Shown: positions 1-8,732 of the stretch, piece by piece
Numbering within the stretch: position 1 is the stretch's first letter
How the letters are laid out: the number at the start of each line of letters is the position of its first letter
Source: Minisyncoccota bacterium
GTDB lineage: Bacteria > Patescibacteriota > Minisyncoccia > Phycocordibacterales > PALSA-1337
Length of the DNA stretch: 64,000 nt
Assembly: GCA_041671485.1 (NCBI GenBank)
Contig: JBAZBL010000005.1
Coordinates: 19,296 to 83,295, forward strand
Reading direction: 5' to 3'
Notes under the pieces: generated by a model
What the model was told of the DNA's origin: nothing
The model's input: only the letters and a program-made list of their open reading frames with translations
The model's database searches: none
Position numbers and translations under genes: made by a program

Positions 1-662
1 TCTAACTTAAGTTTTGCTTTTGCCCATGCTTTCTGTTTCTCGGTGAGTAATTCACCCATACCAGAGAGAATATTACTATCATCAAACTTTTCCATCACTT
101 CAATACACTTTTTCAAAAAATCTACATACGAAACACCCATACGATCCTCAACAATTTTCTTATTAACTGACCAGTCGTGAGAAAGGAAAAACTGAACGTC
201 AAAAATATCACGGTTCGTCTTACCGATCCGTTCATACATAGCACAAAGCTTATGAGCAACCATGTCTTCTTTGACCATTACCTGCATAGAGATACCAAGG
301 AATGATTCCACTGCGTACTTTGAACCAAACTCCCTACGGTTTATTTCCACCTTAACGTTTTGAGCATTGATGTCCTTATTATCATAAGAGAGAATATAGA
401 GAAGATTGAATCTTTTTTTCTGTGCTTCTTTTAGGGTGCCATAACTTTCAATAATTGTCTTGACCCGTTCAAAAACATAGTCCTCTTTTCCTGAATCAAG
501 CAAATCAAAATCCAAATCCACTGAAAATCGGTTGAGATCATAGAACAATGTAGAGGCTGTCCCACCTTTAAACCCCAAGATCGGACCGATCGTTGGATCG
601 GTATAAATATCCTTGAGGATTTTTATGAGAATATTTTTATATTTTGAAGTATCAAGAGCCAT
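1..662 (-). CDS. AbiEii/AbiGii-family nucleotidyltransferase toxin (DUF1814). N-terminal ~220 aa present, 3' end runs off the window.
   Basis: Minus-strand translation from the ATG at 660-662 gives MALDTSKYKNIL...GFKGGTASTLFYDLNRFSVDLDFDL, the signature GGTA...R.S.DLDF motif of AbiEii. It starts 7 nt downstream of the AbiEi gene. Confidence 0.75.
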   Translation of the reverse strand, partial: MALDTSKYKNILIKILKDIYTDPTIGPILGFKGGTASTLFYDLNRFSVDLDFDLLDSGKEDYVFERVKTIIESYGTLKEAQKKRFNLLYILSYDNKDINAQNVKVEINRREFGSKYAVESFLGISMQVMVKEDMVAHKLCAMYERIGKTNRDIFDVQFFLSHDWSVNKKIVEDRMGVSYVDFLKKCIEVMEKFDDSNILSGMGELLTEKQKAWAKAKLKL

Positions 663-669
663 ATGATTA

Positions 670-1257
670 TTATTTTAGATTTTTCTTAAATTCTTCATGG
701 TACATTTTCACCATCTTGACCATTCGTTTATTGCCACCATAAATTGGCAAGATTTCATGTACTTTTTCCCAATTCAAAGACGAGAGATTATCAAAATGAT
801 AATCCTTGTTGAGATAGATAACATCCAAAAATGCTCTCTCGGGAGAAGCAATATTATAATTTTCTCTTGACTCTATCCCTGTCTGATTTGTGAGAATAGT
901 ATCTTTAATCTTTTTGAATGAGTGTTTCTGCCCGTCGCACTCAATTTCCTTGGTGGTATATGATGCAACAAAAATCTGACCATATAACTGGAAAGTAATT
1001 CCAGCAGCACCTAAAGCTGTCTCCATGCTGATATACGATGGAGTATATATTTTTGTAGCCAGCTCGTATTTATCGTAATTCTTGTCTTTTGAGTAAATAC
1101 CCCTGCGTATTGCATTCATTTTACCAGCTTTAACATAGCGGTGAATCTTTTTCTTTACAAAATTCACATCAGATTCTCCCCAAAGCAAAATAAGATCTTT
1201 AAAAGTAAAAACTGTTTTCTTGGATCTCATTAAGTCTAAAATGTAGTCTTTTTCCAT
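670..1257 (-). CDS. AbiEi-family antitoxin/transcriptional regulator (type IV TA)
   Basis: The 195-aa ORF resembles AbiEi (DUF4095-like winged-helix N-terminus) and lies immediately upstream of the AbiEii gene in classic operon order. Confidence 0.65.
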   Translation of the reverse strand: MEKDYILDLMRSKKTVFTFKDLILLWGESDVNFVKKKIHRYVKAGKMNAIRRGIYSKDKNYDKYELATKIYTPSYISMETALGAAGITFQLYGQIFVASYTTKEIECDGQKHSFKKIKDTILTNQTGIESRENYNIASPERAFLDVIYLNKDYHFDNLSSLNWEKVHEILPIYGGNKRMVKMVKMYHEEFKKNLK

Positions 1258-1434
1258 GGTTCGATAGGCTCACCACAAGTAAATTGATGGTTTGTGCTAT
1301 ATTGGTACCCAAATATGGGTACCTTTGGTTTAAATTATAAGCTATACCAAAAATAATCGCAAGTACATGTACAGTTATACACACATTTGTTATCACGATT
1401 TATATTCCTGACTTTTATCACACCCTTGAATACA

Positions 1435-2427
1435 CTATTTTGCACGTTCCTCGTTTTGTCTTGCTAACTTGTTTTTAATCTCACTAATGAAAAAATCACG
1501 AAGCGTCATTGTACCAACAAGATTTTTATACTCTTCAGGTTCCACAAAAGCATCAATGATAATTTCAACATGCTCTTTTTTGAGCAAATAATATCTTTCC
1601 ATTACTGCTTTCCAGTCAGCATCAGTAAGATTTTTTTCCATTTTCAAGGGCGAGAGAGCAACACCACCACTTACATGACTTATATTATCCAAAAGTGTGC
1701 CTTTTTCTTTTAAATATTCATGCGCAGCAATAAAACAATATAGCTGGTCGACACGTAGTAGTTTCATAAATTGGTCCGCAGGTGATGATGTAACCTCCTC
1801 AGTACCTATAAACAATAGACCAAAACCTTCTGGAAAAACAGGTGACCACCCAGTATCATTTTCAAATGAATAGCCATGCCTTAGGAGAATAATCTTATCA
1901 ATATCAGTTCTCACAATGGCTGGACTGATATCTTCAGTCTCACTTCTTCCGTTCTCCCCAATCACACCACGAAGACTATCTTCGAAGTCTTGTCTGCTAT
2001 CGAATTTTGTTAATAAAGTATGGAATATACGACTGGTCCTTCCGTTTCCATCTGCAAAAAGATGTACAGCATTTATCACTGCGGGAAGTAGGTACGCCTC
2101 ATCTCCAAATTGGATTTTTTCTATTACTGCATATGCATCTGCTAGAATTGACTCCTTATCTTCTTGCCTCGGAACAAACGCTTCATCAAAACCTGACAAG
2201 TACACTGTTTCACCATCTGGCTTTCTATCATTTATCGGTATATCACGAGCTATACCATTAACACGAACAACAAATTCTTTAAATTCCTCAAAGGATGGTT
2301 TTTCTTCTTTACGCAAGAGTAAGCGTTGAACGTATTCATACGCACTTATCCTATTGAGAAAACTAACTACTTTTTCAACCTGTTGCATTCGGAACTGTTG
2401 CTCATCTATTTCAACAGGTTTTTCCAT
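1435..2427 (-). CDS. Fic/Doc-family protein (AMPylase-type Fic domain)
   Basis: It contains HLFADGNGRTSR, matching the Fic core motif HxFx(D/E)GNGRxxR. 330 aa. Confidence 0.8.
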   Translation of the reverse strand: MEKPVEIDEQQFRMQQVEKVVSFLNRISAYEYVQRLLLRKEEKPSFEEFKEFVVRVNGIARDIPINDRKPDGETVYLSGFDEAFVPRQEDKESILADAYAVIEKIQFGDEAYLLPAVINAVHLFADGNGRTSRIFHTLLTKFDSRQDFEDSLRGVIGENGRSETEDISPAIVRTDIDKIILLRHGYSFENDTGWSPVFPEGFGLLFIGTEEVTSSPADQFMKLLRVDQLYCFIAAHEYLKEKGTLLDNISHVSGGVALSPLKMEKNLTDADWKAVMERYYLLKKEHVEIIIDAFVEPEEYKNLVGTMTLRDFFISEIKNKLARQNEERAK

Positions 2428-2477
2428 ACAAAAATCATATCAGGTTAGAACTGAAAAGTCATTGTGCAACTTATCTA

Positions 2478-2625
2478 TTTTTACGAAATTCCCGTTTGGG
2501 TGCCGTCGTAGAGGATGTCAGAACTGTGTTTGAAAGAAGGAATGATGCGAGTATCTATATTCCTGTTTTTTACCCCACCCCGTAATACACTATATAAAAA
2601 GACAAACCGCAGATTTTACTCTGCG
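2478..2625. repeat. Copy 1 of a ~150-bp paralogous structured element (GGGUG...CACCC-closed module plus ccgcag/ctgcgg terminator hairpin)
   Basis: About 85% identical to 3018-3170. The internal stem ggaat...attcc is conserved while its loop varies. The hairpin caaaccgcagattttactctgcggtttg is followed by a U-run on the minus strand. Confidence 0.6.
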
Positions 2626-2649
2626 GTTGTTTGAAACCAAATAATCCCC

Positions 2650-2904
2650 TCACTGAACATCGAATCGATTGAAACCTAATCGAAAGTAAGGTGAGTGGCG
2701 ACTCATGAGGACTCGTGACATCTGTTTGCCTTCGGCGGCTTTCTTACCACGTTCCCATGAAATGATTGCTCCTTCTGGAAATGGAGCTGTTGTTGGACAG
2801 GACTTTGTGTGTGGTTCATTTTTAGCACCACAGTACTGACATATCTGCTCATTCATAGAAGTAACGATTTGCTGGTTGTTGTTAAGTGCTACGAAAACTG
2901 CCAA
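2650..2904 (-). CDS. small zinc-ribbon protein (CxxC...HxxxC), function unknown
   Basis: 84-aa ORF with the motif CQYCGAKNEPHTKSCP. GC-richer than the genome, and bounded on both sides by the paralogous repeats. Confidence 0.4.
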   Translation of the reverse strand: MAVFVALNNNQQIVTSMNEQICQYCGAKNEPHTKSCPTTAPFPEGAIISWERGKKAAEGKQMSRVLMSRHSPYFRLGFNRFDVQ

Positions 2905-3017
2905 CTAACAAGATAGCACGGATTACATATTTAGTCAAATCGTGGGTGCACTGCTCGCCTCTTTCAGAGGCTCCCAGCACACACCAAAAATATATTCGCT
3001 CACTTTGTGAGCTCATT

Positions 3018-3170
3018 ATTTTTGGGTGCCGTAGTGGAGGATGTTAGAACTGTTTTCGAGAGGAGGAATGATGCGACTGTGTACATTCCAACACTTTACC
3101 CCACCCTGTAATTCACTATATAAAAGGCAAACCGCAGAGAGAGTGATCTCACTGCGGTTGTTGATATAAA
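3018..3170. repeat. Copy 2 of the ~150-bp paralogous structured element with terminator hairpin
   Basis: gggtgccgtagtggaggatgttagaactg...ccccaccc plus the hairpin caaaccgcagagagagtgatctcactgcggtt. It acts as a minus-strand terminator for ORF 3181-3708. Confidence 0.6.
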
Positions 3171-3180
3171 TACGTCATCC

Positions 3181-3708
3181 TTACTCAGTAAGCTCGTGGA
3201 GACTTCGGAGCTCCTGTCCTTTCTTCTCTTCGAGGTACTTTGCGAGAGATGTGTGACAACGTTTGGGGAGACGGTGAAGAATGGCAACCCAATTAGCAAC
3301 ATGGAGAATGTATCTTGTTCTTTCTGCGCCCGGTATCCGCTTAAGGGCATTCTCGACCGTCTCGCAGAAATCTTCTTCGTCATATTTTACAGACCAACCT
3401 AGCAGGAAGGGCCACCTCCAAGTGAAACAAGGGAAAGCATAAGCTCTCCTCCTGACGCCCACCTTGCCAAGAACTTCTCCTTTTCCGTCAATTAACAACA
3501 ATTTGTGAATGCTCTTGAAAGGAACAAACCAGTGTTGATTACTTCCAATATGTTCTCCCCAAGGAGTGAGCTTCAGTGTTTGCCAGTCGATGACCTGCAC
3601 ATAAAACTCATATACATCTTCGTGAAGAAGTTCGGGTAACCATTGGTACTCCTTTTTTAGGATCGTGCGTGTTTCGTCGTTCAGTTTCATTATTTCTCCT
3701 TGCGGCAT
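3181..3708 (-). CDS. hypothetical protein (175 aa, GC-rich, no recognisable domain)
   Basis: Clean ORF with its own terminator copy. Composition is about 50% GC against a ~35% background. Confidence 0.45.
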   Translation of the reverse strand: MPQGEIMKLNDETRTILKKEYQWLPELLHEDVYEFYVQVIDWQTLKLTPWGEHIGSNQHWFVPFKSIHKLLLIDGKGEVLGKVGVRRRAYAFPCFTWRWPFLLGWSVKYDEEDFCETVENALKRIPGAERTRYILHVANWVAILHRLPKRCHTSLAKYLEEKKGQELRSLHELTE

Positions 3709-3879
3709 CCCGCCGCTTTACGCAACCTTGGCATCCCGCCTTGATTGCTGGATTTTGCTGTATTTGAAAAGACCAAGCACACTCATGCTAAGTCTGTGGA
3801 ATAGTTTATCATTGTTTGATTCTTTTGTCAATGGGTGCCGCTTGAATTCTAGCCTGAAACGCAACACCTCCCTAGAGTA

Positions 3880-4960
3880 GAATAGCGGTATACCATTACC
3901 AGCCATTAACACTAAGGAGATGTCGCATACACAATTTAACAGAGACACTAGGATTGAGCTAGCAGTTCTTTTGAATGCTAGAAAGAGCCAGACGGACTGT
4001 GCAAGCATTTTAGGTATGCACAGGACTAACATATGTGGAGAGATTAATCGAAACAAAGATCCAGACGGAATATACAGAGGTGGTCATGCGCACAAGCGTG
4101 CTCTAGCTAGAAGAAAAGCAGCAAAGAAAAAGTTCCGTAAGATCGAGAATGATTCTGATCTACAAAAATACATCTTAGCCAAGACGAGGAAGTATTGGTC
4201 GCCAGAACAGATCTCCGGACGATTGAAAAAGCTATGCAGAGGATTTGCGATCATCTCACACGAACCAATATACCAGTACATATACAATGAGAGACCTGAC
4301 CTGATCAAGTACCTACGACATCAGAAGTGCAAGTATCGTAAGAAAAGAGGTTCGAGAGCTCGTATAGAGCTTGCTAGAGCCATTAAGGTTAAGAGGATTG
4401 AAATGAGACCGGAAGTGGTCAATGAACGCTCTAGGATCGGAGATTGGGAAAATGATACAGTAATCGGCAAAGAAAAAAATCAGAGGGCATTGACATATGT
4501 TGAACGAAAAAGTGGGTATGGAGTAGCAAACAAATTAGATGTGGTGACTGCGGAAATTGTTCATCAGAAGGAAGTTGAGATGTTCAAAAATATTCCAAAA
4601 GAAAAACGACTGACGGTTACAAGAGACAACGGATCAGAATTTGGAGATTACGACAGTACACTTGAGAGAAAGACTGGAATGGATGTGTACCGCGCGAATG
4701 CATATCATTCCTGGGAACGTGGTAGTAATGAAAATTGGAACGGACTCTTCAGACAGTTCTTTCCTAAAGGAATGTACTTTGCTACAGTTACTCAGTACCA
4801 GATCGACAAAGCTGTAAAGCTTCTGAACGATCGGCCGAGAAAACGGCTAAACTATTCAACGCCGAGGGAAGTGTTTAAAGGGTGTAGCGATTCAAGCTAG
4901 AACTTAAGTTACAGTGCAGTAAGTTTGGGCTTTACTTGATAGACTAATCTACTAGCATCA
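3880..4960. mobile_element. IS30-family insertion sequence (approximate ends)
   Basis: It contains an IS30-type DDE transposase. Imperfect inverted repeats lie near 3885 (ctagagtagaatagcgg) and 4940 (rc ctagtagattagtctat). Boundaries are approximate. Confidence 0.6.
3920..4900 (+). CDS. IS30-family transposase
   Basis: 326 aa with an N-terminal HTH and the DDE block WENDTV...TRDNGSEF...HSWERGSNENWNGLFRQFFPKG typical of IS30. Confidence 0.85.
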   Translation: MSHTQFNRDTRIELAVLLNARKSQTDCASILGMHRTNICGEINRNKDPDGIYRGGHAHKRALARRKAAKKKFRKIENDSDLQKYILAKTRKYWSPEQISGRLKKLCRGFAIISHEPIYQYIYNERPDLIKYLRHQKCKYRKKRGSRARIELARAIKVKRIEMRPEVVNERSRIGDWENDTVIGKEKNQRALTYVERKSGYGVANKLDVVTAEIVHQKEVEMFKNIPKEKRLTVTRDNGSEFGDYDSTLERKTGMDVYRANAYHSWERGSNENWNGLFRQFFPKGMYFATVTQYQIDKAVKLLNDRPRKRLNYSTPREVFKGCSDSS

Positions 4961-5037
4961 AAAGGTAGGATTGGAATATATAAATAAGAAGCCCCACGGA
5001 AGTGAGACTTCAAGTGGGACTACAAACAACAAACAAA

Positions 5038-5292
5038 CTAGTGACACGTGTTGATGAAAGTGGCAATATTCAGTGCCACTTCCGTCAATTCTCCTTCTGA
5101 GCTGTTGACGATATCAACCTCGTTGATACGCTTGCTACAGACATTCTGTTGCAAACCACTCAAGGTTGCATCGTCATTTACAGCAGCAAATATCATACTG
5201 ATAAAGCTGTGACGGCGACCATCAAATGCATGACGGTCGATATTTGAAGTCTCATGGACAAAGTCCTTTGCTGTTTTTCTTTCATTAGCCAT
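5038..5292 (-). CDS. hypothetical protein (84 aa)
   Basis: ORF only. GC-richer than the background. No motif recognised. Confidence 0.3.
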   Translation of the reverse strand: MANERKTAKDFVHETSNIDRHAFDGRRHSFISMIFAAVNDDATLSGLQQNVCSKRINEVDIVNSSEGELTEVALNIATFINTCH

Positions 5293-5485
5293 AGCTTTTT
5301 CCTTTCGTATACAGGGTTAAATTTTCTGCTACAATAGTAGCATATACTAGGTATATTTGTCAAGTGTGGACTTAGTGAGCCAAAGTTGGAACCAACTATA
5401 TCCTTGGGTTTTTGCGGTTGCTGTGGTATTTTATAGTCAAAAACTAGAGTGATAAATACTTATTAGATTTGAAATGTTACCTAAT

Positions 5486-5884
5486 TCATCTTCTATTTTT
5501 GAGAATTGAGATTACGGATATAATAATCGTTATTACTAATATCGATGGTAATATTGTAATTAAATAATTTACATACTCAAAATAATTTGGACAGTTACCA
5601 AAACAAGCAAACAGTCTTGAAATTAAGTAAATAATTAGCCCCACCACAAATATAATTAAAGATATATCGCTACTTCTGTTGATATTTGTTGGCTTTATTC
5701 CATAATAAAAGTAGAAAAGTCCCAAATATAATGAGGCTGCCAGAATAATCACACTAGTATAATACCTTGGATAAGTTATATGAGAAAAGTAATATGAGAT
5801 ATCATCAGAAATAACACTGATAAAAAAACAACCAAAATAAATCAAGACTGCGACACCAATAAATCTATATATCCGTTTTTTCAT
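5486..5884 (-). CDS. hypothetical integral membrane protein (4 TM)
   Basis: 132-aa hydrophobic ORF, AT-rich. Confidence 0.35.
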   Translation of the reverse strand: MKKRIYRFIGVAVLIYFGCFFISVISDDISYYFSHITYPRYYTSVIILAASLYLGLFYFYYGIKPTNINRSSDISLIIFVVGLIIYLISRLFACFGNCPNYFEYVNYLITILPSILVITIIISVISILKNRR

Positions 5885-5924
5885 ATATTAAAGTATACCA
5901 AATTTAAATTAAATAGCAGCCTAA

Positions 5925-6389
5925 TTATTTCCCTTTCTGTGTAACAAAATGATTTTTAGCCCAATCTGTCTCTAAATAATTTAATAGTGTCTTATCGCCC
6001 AATTTTATCGCTAGATCTCTATAGCAATAATCTTTGACAGATCCAGTTTTTCGCGGATCATCCCATTCTACCGAAGGATCTACATCAGAATTAAAGTTAT
6101 TTATTAACTCACATAATTGAGAATTATTTGTGTTATAAGCTATTACTTTCACACATTTTTCTCTACAAATGTTCTGATAATAAGGATCTTGAAGACCATT
6201 TTCCTTGATAAATTCACACATTAAAGGATTTGATTGTCTTATTGCTTCAGCATTCGAATCAAAACATCCATTCCAACCATTTGTGGTAAGTAAAAAATAA
6301 GGATGTGAAATTTGAAAATAGATAAAGCTAATTACAATTAGTAAGATTAGTAAAACAACAAATAAAATTAATAACTTTTTATTTTTCAT
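5925..6389 (-). CDS. hypothetical membrane-anchored Cys-containing exported protein
   Basis: 154 aa with an N-terminal TM/signal anchor and several Cys. Confidence 0.35.
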   Translation of the reverse strand: MKNKKLLILFVVLLILLIVISFIYFQISHPYFLLTTNGWNGCFDSNAEAIRQSNPLMCEFIKENGLQDPYYQNICREKCVKVIAYNTNNSQLCELINNFNSDVDPSVEWDDPRKTGSVKDYCYRDLAIKLGDKTLLNYLETDWAKNHFVTQKGK

Positions 6390-6399
6390 ATATCATATA

Positions 6400-6654
6400 T
6401 CATATCAATCTTTTATTCCTAAAAGCAAATCCTGAACTAGATTTCAAATACATTTCAAAATTAAGAGCTTTGTTCTTTGAGGAAAAAGCTGCATACCATG
6501 CGACCACAAAAGGAGCTTTGCTAGATGAATATCTAACTTCTTTTCTATTGTGTTTTTCTATTCTCTTCTTCAAATTTTGAGTCGAACCTATATAATAACT
6601 GTCATCTTTTTGACTTTTCAATATATAGCAATAATACATATTTGCATGATTCAA
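6400..6654 (-). CDS. GIY-YIG nuclease superfamily protein (UPF0213-like)
   Basis: YCYILKS...YYIGSTQNLKKRIEKHN is the GIY-YIG signature. Confidence 0.7.
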   Translation of the reverse strand: MNHANMYYCYILKSQKDDSYYIGSTQNLKKRIEKHNRKEVRYSSSKAPFVVAWYAAFSSKNKALNFEMYLKSSSGFAFRNKRLI

Positions 6655-6725
6655 ATTATTTGTTTAATTGTATTTGTTTAATATTGGTGCTTGCACCGCG
6701 AAGCTCCGGCGAAGCCGGAGCGAAG

Positions 6726-7092
6726 TGGTGGAGATGCCGGGAGTTGAACCCGGGTGCAATCGGTATGCATCGAACGATTCTACGGCGATAGAATTCTTTG
6801 AAGTTTAACTAGTGGTGTTAGGAAAGAAAACAAAACGCACCATAGCGATCTCTAGAGCTTCAGGAAATAAAGTGAGAAACCTTACTTCCCTACATCCAGA
6901 TAATTACGCCTTTCTAAGAGTCAGGATCCCCCCTAGTAGACGCGCTCTTTAAACAAGAGCGAATGCAAATTCCTTGGCTCCGAAATACGGAGAAACGGTT
7001 GATTTAGCATCTATATTTGCATCGGATTTAGAAGTCGATACTGCTTCCGCCGCACGAATGAACATAGTCAATTGTCTATGCCTGTCATCCCC
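6726..7092 (-). ncRNA. ssrA: tmRNA (ssrA)
   Basis: On the minus strand the 5' end is GGGGAUGACAGG and the 3' end is GGGUUCAACUCCCGGCAUCUCCACCA. That gives a T-arm plus an acceptor stem pairing with the 5' GGGGAUG, and an encoded CCA. It lies immediately downstream of smpB. Candidate tag ORF: ...GCA AAU AUA GAU GCU AAA ... GCU CUU GUU UAA (A-N-I-D-A-K-...-F-A-L-V*). Confidence 0.8.
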
Positions 7093-7095
7093 TTT

Positions 7096-7608
7096 TCAAC
7101 GATCTTTCATAACCCTTCTCGACTCAATATCAGCCTCGCGTTTCTTTATCGTATTTCTCTTATCATATTTCTTTTTTCCTCTCACGATAGCGAGTCCTAC
7201 CTTGATTCGATTATTCTTAGTATAAATCGAAATTGGCACTATTGTCAAGCCCTTACCACCATCAATATCAGCAAACTTCTTTATTTCATCTTTTGTGAGT
7301 AATAATTTGCGATTCCTGCGAGATTCATAATCTTTCGGCGTATTATTTTCTTGATAAGCTGGTATGAGAATATTTATTGCATACGCTTCCCCGCCACGAA
7401 TGATCACATATGCACCATCCAAAGAGCCATGACTTGATTTCAAGGATTTTACTTCAAAGCCAAGAAGTTCGATACCAGCTTCTATAGTATCCATAACTTC
7501 ATAGTTGAATCTCACTTTTCTATTTTCTATAAGCGTAGCCATGTATATATCGTACGTCAAAAATACATATTTTGGAAGAAGTAACTTGCTACAGACTCTC
7601 TTTGGCAT
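7096..7608 (-). CDS. smpB: SsrA-binding protein SmpB (the likely true start is the M at ~7542, MATLIENRKVRFNYEV)
   Basis: IENRKVRFNYEV...GIELLGFEVKSL...KKREADIESRR is characteristic of SmpB. It is adjacent to tmRNA. Confidence 0.85.
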   Translation of the reverse strand: MPKRVCSKLLLPKYVFLTYDIYMATLIENRKVRFNYEVMDTIEAGIELLGFEVKSLKSSHGSLDGAYVIIRGGEAYAINILIPAYQENNTPKDYESRRNRKLLLTKDEIKKFADIDGGKGLTIVPISIYTKNNRIKVGLAIVRGKKKYDKRNTIKKREADIESRRVMKDR

Positions 7609-8702
7609 ATAATGATCTTATGTCATACGAAACAAAGTGGACTCTTTATTCTGACAACAATAAAGCATGGGAATCAATTCTCGCAGATTGTTCCAAAGCC
7701 AAAGAAAGTATATCTCTCGAACAATTCATTTTCGTTAATGATGATTTTGGCAAGAAGCTTATAAATGTATGTACAGAGAGGGCTTCAAAAGGTGTGGAAG
7801 TTCGCTTCCTCTGGGATGCTGCTGGTAGCTTCACTTTATGGGGCTCAAATATTGCCAACGAATTGAGAAACAAGGGGGTCAAACTACTATTCTGGAAAAC
7901 TCTTATTCCGGGGTATTTCAAAATACCAAGTTGGCGTTCTTGGTTTTTGCGCAATCATAGAAGGACTTTGGTAATAGACAGAAAAGTAGGATATACAGGT
8001 AGTATATGTGTGGATGAAAATCTCAAGGATTGGCGTGATACAAATGTTCGCATCGAAGGAGGTACTATAGCAAAACAGATGGAAAATGCTTTCGATAGGA
8101 TGTGGGCACGTGCAGAAAAGTCGAGACCATTGCCAATGAAACTCCATTATCGTGATAGTGATTTTCGCTACGTTACAAACAATCCTTCACCTGGTAGAAG
8201 ATTCTTGTACCGAGCATTCATAAAGGCTATAAAAAATGCAGAAAATCATATTTATATAACAACACCATATTTTATTCCTACTCATCGTATGGTAAGACTA
8301 TTAAAGAAAGCTTCTGAACGTGGAATTGATGTAAGAATAATACTACCTCAAAAATCAGATCATCGTATTGTTGACATGGCTTCACGTTCATATTTCACTA
8401 CTCTACTCGAATCAAATATCAAGATCTATCTGTATCAAGGCAATATGATTCATGACAAAATTATGACCGTTGACAACAAATGGGCTTCTATCGGATCTAT
8501 GAATTTGGATCGTATCAGTCTCCTATATAATTTTGAGGCAAATATCGTATCTGCAGACTCTGATTTTGCAAGAGAAGTTACAAAGCATTTCATGGACAAT
8601 CTGGATCAATCCCGTAAAGTTGTTCTCCAAGAATGGCGCAGGAGATTTTTCATAAAGAAGCTTATAGAAATCCCAATAAAACTTATTAGGAAGTTTTTGT
8701 AA
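7572..8702 (+). CDS. cls: phospholipase D / cardiolipin synthase family protein
   Basis: Two PLD-type motifs (HRRTLVIDRK..G and HDKIMTVDNKWASIGSMNLD). The true start is probably an internal Met. Confidence 0.7.
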   Translation: MEEVTCYRLSLAYNDLMSYETKWTLYSDNNKAWESILADCSKAKESISLEQFIFVNDDFGKKLINVCTERASKGVEVRFLWDAAGSFTLWGSNIANELRNKGVKLLFWKTLIPGYFKIPSWRSWFLRNHRRTLVIDRKVGYTGSICVDENLKDWRDTNVRIEGGTIAKQMENAFDRMWARAEKSRPLPMKLHYRDSDFRYVTNNPSPGRRFLYRAFIKAIKNAENHIYITTPYFIPTHRMVRLLKKASERGIDVRIILPQKSDHRIVDMASRSYFTTLLESNIKIYLYQGNMIHDKIMTVDNKWASIGSMNLDRISLLYNFEANIVSADSDFAREVTKHFMDNLDQSRKVVLQEWRRRFFIKKLIEIPIKLIRKFL

Positions 8703-8732
8703 GTCTAAGTTGAATAAATCAAAATATCACCC

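Noticed and set aside
1199-1396. 65-aa ORF overlapping the AbiEi start
   Set aside because: It overlaps the AbiEi gene on the same strand in another frame and lies in the promoter region. There is no support for it.
6974-7302. Plus-strand ORFs 6974-7225 and 7072-7302
   Set aside because: They overlap tmRNA (6726-7092) and are antisense to smpB. They are spurious.
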